Assembly (NCBI GenBank): GCA_029883265.1
Contig: JAOUJM010000001.1
Coordinates: forward strand, 10,511 to 74,510
DNA: 64,000 nt
Origin: Gammaproteobacteria bacterium
GTDB taxonomy: Bacteria; Pseudomonadota; Gammaproteobacteria; S012-40
Reading direction: 5' to 3'
Shown: piece by piece, positions 7,665 through 15,793 of the stretch
Position numbering within the stretch: position 1 is the stretch's first letter
Layout: each line of letters begins with the position of its first letter
The notes under the pieces: generated by a model
Database searches by the model: none
Seen by the model: only the letters and a program-made list of their open reading frames with translations
Told to the model about the DNA's origin: nothing
Program-made: the position numbers and the translations under genes

Positions 7665-9185
7665 ATGCAAGGACGCACGAAAACACATTATTCCTACTCT
7701 GAACTCAAAGCTTTAGTCGATGAACTTCAAAAAGAAGTGCAGCTGCTTCGAGAGAAAAATCGTTTGTTACTGCATCGTCAGTTTGCCGCGAAGTCCGAAC
7801 AGACTACCGATGATCAGTTGTCCTTGTTTGATGCGGATACTTCATCGTCCGAAGTAAATCAAAACAATGAAAAAAACAACAACATCGTCGTACTGGCACA
7901 TCATCGCAAGAAACGACAACGACTGACGTTTTCTGATGACCTACCCAAACGTAGAGTTGAGATTGATCTGGATGAACACGATAAGACCTGCGATTGTTGC
8001 GAAGCACCACTGACGCATATTGGTGAAGACATCACTCGAAAGATTGAATTTATCCCAGCGAAAGTCCAAGTCGTCGAATACGCTCGATTAAAATATGCGT
8101 GTAAATCCTGTGAAGACACCATTAAACGCCCACCCTTACCGAACTTTATCTTACCAAAAAGTTTCGCCACACCAAGTTTACTCGCGCATTTGATTGTGAG
8201 TAAGTTTGGTGATGGCTTACCTTTGTATCGCATTCAACAACAACTGGCCCGTCAAGGTGTGCATTTACCGCGTTCCACCATGAGTACACTGTTACTCAAA
8301 GCCGCTGATTTACTCGATCCGGTTTATAAATTAATGATCAAGCAAGTATTGTCCGGCCCGCGTATTTGGACAGATGACACGATTCTTCCCAAACAAAACG
8401 ATGATCCGAGTCGAAACAAAATCATTCAATCCAGATTATGGGTGTATATTGGTGGACCTCTTAAAGATCCACCCTTGGTCATTTTCGATTACACCAGCAC
8501 TCGATCCTCGAAATGGCCGAAGGACTTATTGTCTGATTACCAAGGCTACAAACATGCCGATGGTTATGGCGGCTATAAATCGTTGCATGATACAGGTAAA
8601 ATTCACTATGTGGCGTGCTGGAGTCATGCGCGGCGAAAGTTTTTTGAGGCCTCATTACTCACCGAGCAAACCGGTAAAGCCAAGACCATGATTAAATACA
8701 TCAAACTGCTTTATAAGATTGAAACCGCTTGTGAAAAATATGGTAATAAAAAACGTAAACGGTTTCGACGAAGATATGCCACACCCATACTCAACACCAT
8801 CAAAGCCTATGCCGATCAACATGCGCCGCATATTCCACCCAAAACCAGTTTGGGTAAAGCGTTTACTTATTTGCTTAATCAATGGCATGGACTGGTTCGT
8901 TATCTCGATGCCGGTCACCTAACCATTGACAATAACCTGGCCGAACGACACATCCGACCCATTGCCGTGGTTCGAAAAAGTTTTCTGTTTGTCGGCTCGG
9001 ATCGCGGTGGTCGTGCGGCTGCGATTTATTATTCGGTGTTGGGGTCGTGTAAAAGTTTGAGGGTGAATCCTTATAAGTATTTGATGGATTTGTTTGAGCG
9101 GTTGCCAAATTTTGAATCAAAATTGGAGTTAAGCAATTTGATGCTAACTCGCTGGACTAAACAAGATGACGAACGAAAAATCTGA
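7665..9185 (+). CDS. tnpC: IS66-family DDE transposase TnpC (orf3)
   Basis: ORF 7647..9185. ATG at 7665 preferred by alignment with the paralog start (MQ..T.YSYSEL). N-terminal leucine-zipper region, CxxC...CxxC zinc motif (CDCCEAP...CKSCED), DDE core (WTDDT...HADGYGGY...NNLAERHIRP). Confidence 0.9.
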   Translation: MQGRTKTHYSYSELKALVDELQKEVQLLREKNRLLLHRQFAAKSEQTTDDQLSLFDADTSSSEVNQNNEKNNNIVVLAHHRKKRQRLTFSDDLPKRRVEIDLDEHDKTCDCCEAPLTHIGEDITRKIEFIPAKVQVVEYARLKYACKSCEDTIKRPPLPNFILPKSFATPSLLAHLIVSKFGDGLPLYRIQQQLARQGVHLPRSTMSTLLLKAADLLDPVYKLMIKQVLSGPRIWTDDTILPKQNDDPSRNKIIQSRLWVYIGGPLKDPPLVIFDYTSTRSSKWPKDLLSDYQGYKHADGYGGYKSLHDTGKIHYVACWSHARRKFFEASLLTEQTGKAKTMIKYIKLLYKIETACEKYGNKKRKRFRRRYATPILNTIKAYADQHAPHIPPKTSLGKAFTYLLNQWHGLVRYLDAGHLTIDNNLAERHIRPIAVVRKSFLFVGSDRGGRAAAIYYSVLGSCKSLRVNPYKYLMDLFERLPNFESKLELSNLMLTRWTKQDDERKI

Positions 9186-9193
9186 ACCGGCTT

Positions 9194-9748
9194 TCAATTA
9201 CTAAGTCGAAGCACTTTACCCGAGGATACTTTGAAATGACTAGTAACGATTTTTTGTTCGCCGTTTATGATATAAATATAGTTTGCAATGATAGTTTTAT
9301 TTTCTATTTTTATGTCCCTAAGATTGCTAACTATGGCGTCACCATCTAGCAACCTAAAGCTGCTATCACGAAATTGAAAAATTAGTAAATTATAAAGATT
9401 TCCGCCACTATTGTAATACACGAGCAATTCTGGAGTTGGTTCTTCATCCATGTTCTCTTGTGCAAAATCAACGGAATGACCCTCTAGCATATAAATTATC
9501 TTAGGATAGCCATTTTCAATTGTTAACAAATAAGTTTCGTTTGTGGGTAGGCAATCATCAGCATCATCAATGTAGAATATTTTTAAATCACGGATTTCCA
9601 TGCTCTTCTTTGAATGAATATGAAACTCCATTTTGTTTGAGCCAGACTCAAATTTGTTGCACTTTTCCACAGATGAAAAACAATTAGTAATTCCGGCAAT
9701 ACTTATTAAAATCACGTATAAAGCATGTCTTATATGAGCCATTTTCAC
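9194..9748 (-). CDS. Cargo gene of element A: secreted/periplasmic immunity-like protein
   Basis: 184 aa with N-terminal hydrophobic signal (ALYVILISIAGITNCFSS). Immediately downstream of the cargo toxin domain (stop TGA 9745-9747). The likelier start is ATG at 9742. Confidence 0.6.
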   Translation of the reverse strand: MKMAHIRHALYVILISIAGITNCFSSVEKCNKFESGSNKMEFHIHSKKSMEIRDLKIFYIDDADDCLPTNETYLLTIENGYPKIIYMLEGHSVDFAQENMDEEPTPELLVYYNSGGNLYNLLIFQFRDSSFRLLDGDAIVSNLRDIKIENKTIIANYIYIINGEQKIVTSHFKVSSGKVLRLSN

Positions 9749-10500
9749 GGTTTACCTTGTGTCTTAAGATAGTTTTCAATAAATTGCACGGTGGTTCCAT
9801 GCCCCTTAGTCGTATTGTAATAGACTTTCCAGTCCTGCGCATAAGAGTGAGCACCAGGTGATTCAATGAAAGATAGTTGACTTCTATATCTCCAATATTG
9901 TAAACCAGCCATCGCTGCAGCATATTTATCATTATTTCGGAGTTCAGAATGCAAATCACCACCATTTGTGAAGCTCATTACTAACTTTGCTATTTTGGGT
10001 TTATATGCAAGGACATTTGCCCATATATCATCATGCGTATTCGGTTCCATTTGAAACAAACCTTTTGCAGGGCCATTACTAAATTGATCCCTGTATTTAA
10101 GCGAACTTTCTTGCGCAGCAGTACCAACTAGAACTTCTTGGAATTCGGTTCGGTATTTTGAAAAAGTTTTGTCTATTTTCCCGAGCTCATCAATGGCAGG
10201 TTTAATCGAGTTAGTAAGCAAAGCATCTGCTTTCTTCTTGAAATGAAGATTATTATTAAACGTATATTTCTCAAGTTCATCCAAGTCAATTTTATACCCT
10301 GATGAATCGAACAAGGACCCCTCCCCAAACGTTCCATCTTGAGGCGCTAAGCTAAGAAGATACTTCGCTACTTCAGTATTGTCACCCCAATCAACGTCGG
10401 GCAACTCGTTTTTATCAAGAACCGCGTTTTGGCCCACACTGGCCAGCATGTTTGAACCAACTGGGTTATTTTTCCTAGGGGCAGAGTTTTGGACGCTTAC
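9745..10500 (-). CDS. Cargo toxin domain of element A: lytic-transglycosylase/lysozyme-like (GH23-type) peptidoglycan hydrolase candidate, reading frame opens inside the right IR
   Basis: ORF 9745..10449 extends in frame to the IR tip: (VVP|)VSVQNSAPRKNNPVGSNMLASVGQ.... Motif VGTAAQESSLKYRDQFSNGPAKGLFQMEPNT resembles the SLT catalytic E-S...G-L-x-Q signature. Confidence 0.6.
   Translation of the reverse strand, partial: VSVQNSAPRKNNPVGSNMLASVGQNAVLDKNELPDVDWGDNTEVAKYLLSLAPQDGTFGEGSLFDSSGYKIDLDELEKYTFNNNLHFKKKADALLTNSIKPAIDELGKIDKTFSKYRTEFQEVLVGTAAQESSLKYRDQFSNGPAKGLFQMEPNTHDDIWANVLAYKPKIAKLVMSFTNGGDLHSELRNNDKYAAAMAGLQYWRYRSQLSFIESPGAHSYAQDWKVYYNTTKGHGTTVQFIENYLKTQGKP
10478..10500. repeat. 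IS66-type right terminal inverted repeat (element A), translated as VSVQNSAP on the minus strand
   Basis: GGGGCAGAGTTTTGGACGCTTAC. Its complement is GTAAGCGTCCAAAACTCTGCCCC. Confidence 0.75.
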
Positions 10501-10505
10501 TGGAA

Positions 10506-11168
10506 CTACAAATAGTTAGATTTTTCCAATTCCCACCATTCCAAAAATAAACTCCAGTCATACCAGCTAACAACGGTACCATCGTAAGGCTCGCTTATCC
10601 TAGTACTACAAAATTGCTTACCAGCCAAAGAACTTATTTTTTCTAATGCTAAATCTCTAAGCTCGTAAAAATAATCGCTGTTCATCCCTTTCTCTGCAGC
10701 ATAATCATCTTGCCTAAAATGTATCAAAGGAGATATTTCTCCTTTTTTTGCATAAGTATAATAATGATACAAAGCTATCCTTCTATACCCCAAATCATCT
10801 GAAATAAGATAATCCGCCATTATTTCTCTATAATTAGGATAGTTATCCTTTAACCAAACAAATAACTCTAAAGCTTGATAACAAACATATTTACTTTCAT
10901 GCTTTAAAAGTTTTTCCAATCTACCCACTAAATATTTAAAAAAATCAGTACCGAATGTACCAGGCTTATTCTTTTCTAGAAGCGCGTTTAGAAAAAGAAA
11001 CCCTGTTGATATATCAGCTTGGTCATCAGACGATAAACAATTATGTACCCCCTGTATTACGACTGAGTTTATACCCAGCTTTTGAATATCCGAATGGGTA
11101 AGAGTACTAGTATCCACACCAGTAGCATCTGATAGCAATTTTCTCAGTTCCTCTGATGGGTTCATCAT
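10506..11168 (-). CDS. Putative immunity protein of module O7 (helical-repeat-like)
   Basis: 220-aa ORF overlapping the O7 toxin stop by 4 nt. Its TAG lies inside the residual junction GTAGTTCCA (10501-10509). Confidence 0.6.
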   Translation of the reverse strand: MMNPSEELRKLLSDATGVDTSTLTHSDIQKLGINSVVIQGVHNCLSSDDQADISTGFLFLNALLEKNKPGTFGTDFFKYLVGRLEKLLKHESKYVCYQALELFVWLKDNYPNYREIMADYLISDDLGYRRIALYHYYTYAKKGEISPLIHFRQDDYAAEKGMNSDYFYELRDLALEKISSLAGKQFCSTRISEPYDGTVVSWYDWSLFLEWWELEKSNYL

Positions 11169-11596
11169 GGTCTAGTTATCCATTTAAGCTCATTGACAAA
11201 TAATGATTCAGTATCAATTTGTTTCACAAAATCAGAATGAAGTTCTTTCGGAATATATGTTTGAGTACCTGATCCACCTTTCACTCCTCCCTGCCAAGCT
11301 TGAAGCCCAGGCTTGATCTCAAACACTCCAAGTTGCTCGGCATTATTTCCCCATGCTTTGATATTAAACAACTCTTCTGCATCCATTGAGTTCAATGGCT
11401 TCATATTACTAAAGAATTCTCCAGTACCGCGTTGACCTTGTCTCTGAGCTTGGAAATACAGACCTGGCTTAACTTCCCCAAACCCTTTAGTTGAAAAAGA
11501 ATCAAGCTTAGATGCACTTATATTTCCAGGTGCAATCAGGCTCGGTGATGGACCTGACTCAGGTATTACAACTGAAGATTTATTGTTTGGAACTAC
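11165..11596 (-). CDS. Orphan toxin C-terminal module O7, TNT-like candidate
   Basis: ORF 11165..11404 extends in frame to VVPNNKSSVVIPESGPSPSLIAPG.... Motifs QRGTGEFFSN...IKAWGNN...VFEIKPGLQAWQGGVKGGSGTQTYIP. Confidence 0.5.
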   Translation of the reverse strand, partial: VVPNNKSSVVIPESGPSPSLIAPGNISASKLDSFSTKGFGEVKPGLYFQAQRQGQRGTGEFFSNMKPLNSMDAEELFNIKAWGNNAEQLGVFEIKPGLQAWQGGVKGGSGTQTYIPKELHSDFVKQIDTESLFVNELKWITRP

Positions 11597-12021
11597 CTTT
11601 TTATAGCAGTTCCTTTAACAATTATATCCTCACCTACTTTCTCAATTGAATCTATAGAGTTAATTACATAGTTTGCAACGTCATTATCTTCATCTAAAGC
11701 AATATCAAGAATATCGAACTTATGGTAAGCATAAAGATATTCAAATAAAGATGCGCCTTCGATATCTATGAATTCAGATAATAACGGATAATCAGTAGCC
11801 CCCGGATATGGGGGCTCAAAATCACCAGCAATCTCGTCATCTTCTCTAAGTTCTTCAACACCATCATTGTACAAAGGTGTGAGCTTTTCTATAAAAACTC
11901 CTTTAGCAAATTTAATTTCGTAGCGGAAAGTCTCAAAGCCATCCCCTTTTCCGAAGCTAAATTGGCTAAACGTTAACGCATTGGAATCAATGTTCTTACC
12001 ATCTACACTATATAAAATCAT
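11593..12021 (-). CDS. Putative immunity protein of module O6
   Basis: 142-aa acidic ORF 2 nt after the O6 toxin stop. Its stop is the TAG inside GTAGTTCC. Confidence 0.6.
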   Translation of the reverse strand: MILYSVDGKNIDSNALTFSQFSFGKGDGFETFRYEIKFAKGVFIEKLTPLYNDGVEELREDDEIAGDFEPPYPGATDYPLLSEFIDIEGASLFEYLYAYHKFDILDIALDEDNDVANYVINSIDSIEKVGEDIIVKGTAIKR

Positions 12022-12023
12022 CT

Positions 12024-12539
12024 TTAACTTCCCGGAGGTAGAATAATAATTTTGCCATCAGGCGTTATCGTAATTGATCCAGATGGAATATATGGTTGAC
12101 CAGCTTTCAAGTCTCCACCAGCTCTAGTCCCAGATCTTTGGAAAAATTGCTCTGGCGTTGTCATTGTTTCTATAGTTTTTGTACTTTTACCAGGAACAAT
12201 AGTAAGTTCTTCCATTTTTAAGAAATTTGGATTATCAGCTGCGGCTTTATTGACGTTTTTAATTATTCTTTGAGCTTGCTTTTCAGATAAGCTACCGAAA
12301 CCGACATCAATATCACTACCTTTGCCGAAATCGCCTCTTATTCGGCTACCACCAAATACTACTGTTGAATTTCTTTTTAGCCCCTGCTCTAAAATTAACG
12401 TAGCTTGCTCAGTTGTCAAATCAGGTACATGCTTTGATAAAAATGCAGACTGTTCTGCAATGCCTGATGTGGTTAATGTAGTTTGCTCAGGATATGCATT
12501 AAATACAGATTTATCTGTCCAGCGTGTGTTTGGAACTAC
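12024..12539 (-). CDS. Orphan toxin C-terminal module O6: Pol-beta-type nucleotidyltransferase fold candidate
   Basis: ORF 12024..12419 extends in frame to VVPNTRWTDKSVFNAYPEQ.... Motif VVFGGSRIRGDFGKGSDIDVGF fits hG[GS]-x9-13-DhD. Confidence 0.6.
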   Translation of the reverse strand, partial: VVPNTRWTDKSVFNAYPEQTTLTTSGIAEQSAFLSKHVPDLTTEQATLILEQGLKRNSTVVFGGSRIRGDFGKGSDIDVGFGSLSEKQAQRIIKNVNKAAADNPNFLKMEELTIVPGKSTKTIETMTTPEQFFQRSGTRAGGDLKAGQPYIPSGSITITPDGKIIILPPGS

Positions 12540-12985
12540 TTATCTGTATAATACCATTCTAGAAAATCGAAAAAACTTTTGTATATCGGTTGCAACATCC
12601 TCTTGGAGAGTTTTTCCTCTTCTCCCCAGCTCACATCAAATACTTCATCGCTAACTTTGCTATAAAAATAGCTCCCCTCACCTTCAATAGACGAAATACG
12701 TAAATAATCTTCCATTCCTGGCAGTGAGCTATATTCACCTGATTCAGCATCTTCAATAATTTTTTCCAAAGTGCTAATTTCGCTACCGTTACCCACTACT
12801 GGGATAGCCACCAAAGTATAAAAATCAATAAAGGCAGAGTCAGCATTTCTTATTCCCAACTCTTTCTCAAAATAATTCTTGTCATCTTGCGTAACTATAA
12901 ATTTTCCATCTTGTGCAGAAAAAACGCCGTCATAACACCACTTCAGGTTAGACTTATAGAAGTTTGAGACAATGTCCGGTAACAA
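12536..12985 (-). CDS. Putative immunity protein of module O5 (SUKH/SMI1-KNR4-like by eye)
   Basis: 149-aa ORF 1 nt after the O5 toxin stop. Its stop is the TAG inside GTAGTTCC. Pattern FEKELGI...FIDFY...WGEE is reminiscent of SUKH immunity proteins. Confidence 0.55.
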   Translation of the reverse strand: MLPDIVSNFYKSNLKWCYDGVFSAQDGKFIVTQDDKNYFEKELGIRNADSAFIDFYTLVAIPVVGNGSEISTLEKIIEDAESGEYSSLPGMEDYLRISSIEGEGSYFYSKVSDEVFDVSWGEEEKLSKRMLQPIYKSFFDFLEWYYTDK

Positions 12986-12986
12986 T

Positions 12987-13544
12987 TTAACGACCTCCGC
13001 TATTCGTTATCTCGATTAGTCGCTGTTGCCAATAGATTTTTCTGTCAATATCAAAAGCTGATCTATCAACAGGATATGTTGGATGTTGACTTTGAGTTGG
13101 CCCAGATCCCGCGCCATTCATTTCACGCCCTCTATTGGTTTTGTATGGGTGCAATGCCTCACCTCCTTGGCCTGTTTTTGACCGATGCGTTAAATCACTT
13201 AGTTCAAACAGAGGACCGTTCGCATTTTGGCGACTAAGATGCAATTCAATGCGAGACTGTACACCATTCTTCAGAACATAAGGAGCATTTCCCACTTCCA
13301 ATAGCTCCCTATTTGTAGTTGTATAGGTCCTTTTGGTTTTTGGATTGGTAATTTTTACCACTAAATCGGGATCAATTTCTTGTTGAAAGACTTTGTATTT
13401 AATCCCTGTCCCATTTACTGGGGCTACCCACACAGCTTCGGTTTTAAAATAACTAGGATTCTTGGCGTTTTTCGCCCGTAGCGCAACAAAGTCTATCTTA
13501 TTCGGTTCTACTGCTCCCTCAAGTTCATATTTGTTTGGAACTAC
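12987..13544 (-). CDS. Orphan toxin C-terminal module O5: possible HNH/EndoVII-fold nuclease (degenerate LHH-type)
   Basis: ORF 12987..13433 extends in frame to VVPNKYELEGAVEPNKIDF.... Motif SRIELHLSRQNANGPLFELSDLTHRS. Confidence 0.4.
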   Translation of the reverse strand, partial: VVPNKYELEGAVEPNKIDFVALRAKNAKNPSYFKTEAVWVAPVNGTGIKYKVFQQEIDPDLVVKITNPKTKRTYTTTNRELLEVGNAPYVLKNGVQSRIELHLSRQNANGPLFELSDLTHRSKTGQGGEALHPYKTNRGREMNGAGSGPTQSQHPTYPVDRSAFDIDRKIYWQQRLIEITNSGGR

Positions 13545-14254
13545 TTATTAAAAAGCGCCTTCCTCAAGACTTTCTGAGCTTCTGCCTCTTCACCTGTAGA
13601 CTCTTTAAAGCATTCATCCTGTACATCAAGTTTAAGTACGCTTCCTAAATCAGAGACACATTCCATAGCAAAATTATCTGCCCCTATATCCCTCAAAAGA
13701 TCCTTACTCATCCACATAGTAGAACCAACACATTCAATATACCCATTCTTCAGATCCCATCGCCCTGGGTTCCTAGAAATATCAATCACTTCACTTTCAA
13801 GAGGAAATGGCAAACCATTGCTCTTCTTCGGTAGATTCGAATGATCTCGTCCTTCGGACTCATAGTAAGCAATATCTTCCATGTTTTGCCAACGGTCATA
13901 TTCTCCATCATATAACCTAGCCTGAACAAAAAACGGGTCATTTACTATTTGAGTAACCCATTTTTCTGCATACTCTTTAGACGCAGCTAGATTCTTTATA
14001 TCTAACCTGGAGAAATCCAGATCTGCTATATATGAAAACTCAATACTCCCCCCATCAAGCTCAATAAAGAAGCTATCGGCCTTATTCTTAAGAAGAGTTT
14101 CCGAAACATCAGTAAAACCTAGTTCTTTGCCAGTGAATCCATCCGCCACTTTTTTATCGGCATATATTTGTTTAAATTCTTCGGTAAGCTTATTCCATAA
14201 CTTATAAGCTTCAGCGTAAGCTTTACCTCTAAGAACAATTTCAATTTGTACCAT
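13541..14254 (-). CDS. Putative immunity protein of module O4
   Basis: 237-aa ORF starting 5 nt after the O4 toxin stop. Its stop is the TAG inside GTAGTTCC. Confidence 0.6.
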   Translation of the reverse strand: MVQIEIVLRGKAYAEAYKLWNKLTEEFKQIYADKKVADGFTGKELGFTDVSETLLKNKADSFFIELDGGSIEFSYIADLDFSRLDIKNLAASKEYAEKWVTQIVNDPFFVQARLYDGEYDRWQNMEDIAYYESEGRDHSNLPKKSNGLPFPLESEVIDISRNPGRWDLKNGYIECVGSTMWMSKDLLRDIGADNFAMECVSDLGSVLKLDVQDECFKESTGEEAEAQKVLRKALFNK

Positions 14255-14259
14255 GATAA

Positions 14260-14676
14260 TTATTCACCAAACTCTTTAATAATTACTGGAATATTTCGCT
14301 GCTTGCCATACTCAATTAAATGCTTCGCATCATTAAAACCACCTGGCTGAACCCTAATATCCAATATTTTCGTTGCCGGAACGTCGGAAACGGTAATGGT
14401 AGTCTTTTGCAAGTGGTCGATATGAGATCTCATATCATACTCCCAAGATTTACCACCAGTATTAACCGTTTTCAGACTAACAACATTGTTTCCTTGTTGG
14501 AAATCAATCGAAGGGAAGTTATTAGACTTAAATGGTTCGCCAGTTTTTGGGTTAATAGAGTTATCGGAACGAGCCCAATCTTTATAATCTGTTTCTGTAA
14601 GGTGTGACTCAATCTGTCTACCACGAACCTTCGGATCTAGATCCCAAACTTCTCTGCCTAACTTGTTTGGAACAAC
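14260..14676 (-). CDS. Orphan toxin C-terminal module O4: PD-(D/E)xK restriction-endonuclease-fold candidate; absent from ORF track (no start codon)
   Basis: Own translation directly after the TAA of 14677..15075: VVPNKLGREVWDLDPKVRGRQIESHLTETDYKDWARSDNSINPKTGEPFKSNNFPSIDFQQGNNVVSLKTVNTGGKSWEYDMRSHIDHLQKTTITVSDVPATKILDIRVQPGGFNDAKHLIEYGKQRNIPVIIKEFGE*. E...FPSIDF...VSLKT resembles E/D...D...(E/S)xK. Confidence 0.55.
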   Translation of the reverse strand, partial: VVPNKLGREVWDLDPKVRGRQIESHLTETDYKDWARSDNSINPKTGEPFKSNNFPSIDFQQGNNVVSLKTVNTGGKSWEYDMRSHIDHLQKTTITVSDVPATKILDIRVQPGGFNDAKHLIEYGKQRNIPVIIKEFGE

Positions 14677-15075
14677 TTATCGCACAGTTACACTCCAAGA
14701 AAAGTCTGGATATCCATCATTTTCTGTGACTCCTAAGACCAGCTTTTTGGCACCTATCACGCACCTAATTTCGCCTAACTCTTCACTTATCTCATTAGGA
14801 TGTAGCAGATCAACGAACTGCCTATAAAATGGCTCGGTATTTTTCGACTTCAAAATTAGAGTTAGCGCGTCTTTTAAACCAGGACTATTACTCTCCACAA
14901 CAGCATTTGGAGTATCAACAGACAGCATAACTGGATTCATGCTTGAAGACAGAACACGTCCTATAAACAACTCACACAAAGATAACGCGCTTTCTGACGC
15001 CTCATTCAATTTGGGCGGAAGAATTATATCGACGGTTTTTTTGTTTTCACCAGTATTCATAGCACCTTCTTCCAA
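14677..15075 (-). CDS. Second small protein downstream of module O3 (immunity-like)
   Basis: 132-aa ORF overlapping the 15057..15293 ORF end. Its TAA abuts the next junction. Confidence 0.5.
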   Translation of the reverse strand: MEEGAMNTGENKKTVDIILPPKLNEASESALSLCELFIGRVLSSSMNPVMLSVDTPNAVVESNSPGLKDALTLILKSKNTEPFYRQFVDLLHPNEISEELGEIRCVIGAKKLVLGVTENDGYPDFSWSVTVR

Positions 15076-15293
15076 CCCCCTCGAAAAGCTTGGTCAGGAA
15101 ACTCTAATACCCATAATTGTCCACAGTGTTTGCACTTGTATTGAATTTTTATAAATGGCCCTGAATGATCTATTTGTCCGTAACTTTTCAACTCGCCCAT
15201 TTCAACCATCTGGGCAATCCGCTGCCGAAATTCAACGAATTCCTTCTCAGAATTAAACCGTTCTTGGCACAACTCGCAGACTACACAACTCAT
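15057..15293 (-). CDS. Zinc-ribbon small protein, putative immunity protein of module O3
   Basis: 78 aa; CVVCELC...CKHC cysteine pairs. Overlaps the O3 toxin stop by 4 nt. Confidence 0.55.
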   Translation of the reverse strand: MSCVVCELCQERFNSEKEFVEFRQRIAQMVEMGELKSYGQIDHSGPFIKIQYKCKHCGQLWVLEFPDQAFRGGWKKVL

Positions 15294-15793
15294 GGCTTCA
15301 ACCTAAAGATGTGGGTATCCTCTATGGGTACTGGATCAAGCAAGAATTGAGTCCATCCTCCCTGTCCAGCTTCTGGATAGGAATTTGTATAAACCTCCCA
15401 CCCTCGTGTTCCTTCATTTCCAAATGGCCTTGCGACACTAAATCCGCGGACCTTATCTACGGGGATCGCGACACCATAAGTTGGTTCTCCCCACTCAGGC
15501 TTGATTTGAGCACCGCGAGCAATAGCACCACTGGAGTGCGAAAATTCTGTTGTTGAGTAGCCACGAACACTTCCATAACGCAGAGACTTATCAAGACCGT
15601 CTTCAGATAGATATCTAAAAATAAAATCCTGACTTTCTATAGACTCGGAGAGACGGCGTTCGTAGTTCAACTGCGAAAGCTTGTCAATCCTACCTGCACG
15701 CTCTTGCGGGCTTAGGTGACCATACTTTTCTTTCAGTGCTAATGAGCTTGCTCTCGCATCCAGAACAACCTGCGGTGCATTGTCTGGAACAAA
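15290..15793 (-). CDS. Orphan toxin C-terminal module O3, TNT-like candidate
   Basis: ORF 15290..15670 extends in frame to FVPDNAPQVVLDARASSLALKEKYGH..., directly after the TGA of 15794..16264. Motifs FRYLSEDG...GYSTTEF...IKPEWGEPTYGVAIP...AGQGGWTQFLL. Confidence 0.5.
   Translation of the reverse strand, partial: FVPDNAPQVVLDARASSLALKEKYGHLSPQERAGRIDKLSQLNYERRLSESIESQDFIFRYLSEDGLDKSLRYGSVRGYSTTEFSHSSGAIARGAQIKPEWGEPTYGVAIPVDKVRGFSVARPFGNEGTRGWEVYTNSYPEAGQGGWTQFLLDPVPIEDTHIFRLKP

Larger units (their letters stand above)
6847..10500 (+). mobile_element. IS66-family element A with passenger toxin-domain + immunity genes (3,654 bp); flanks differ (no TSD)
   Basis: IRL GTAAGCGTCCCAAACTCCGCACC at 6847. 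Inverted partner (GTAAGCGTCCAAAACTCTGCCCC on the minus strand) ends at 10500. Contains tnpA-tnpB-tnpC plus two convergent cargo ORFs. Flanks are CAGTGATA (left) and TGGAACTA (right). Confidence 0.75.

Noticed and set aside
9186-9260. Search for a conventional IS66 right IR immediately after tnpC (also 21045-21100 in element B)
   Set aside because: No GGACGCTTAC-like sequence is present within ~100 nt of either tnpC stop. This supports the distal IRs at 10500 and 22839 as the functional ends.
14320-14607. Plus-strand 95-aa ORF in an apparent gap of the array
   Set aside because: The opposite strand encodes a full start-less toxin module (14260-14676) that begins at the VVPNK junction right after the upstream stop. 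The plus ORF is its antisense shadow.
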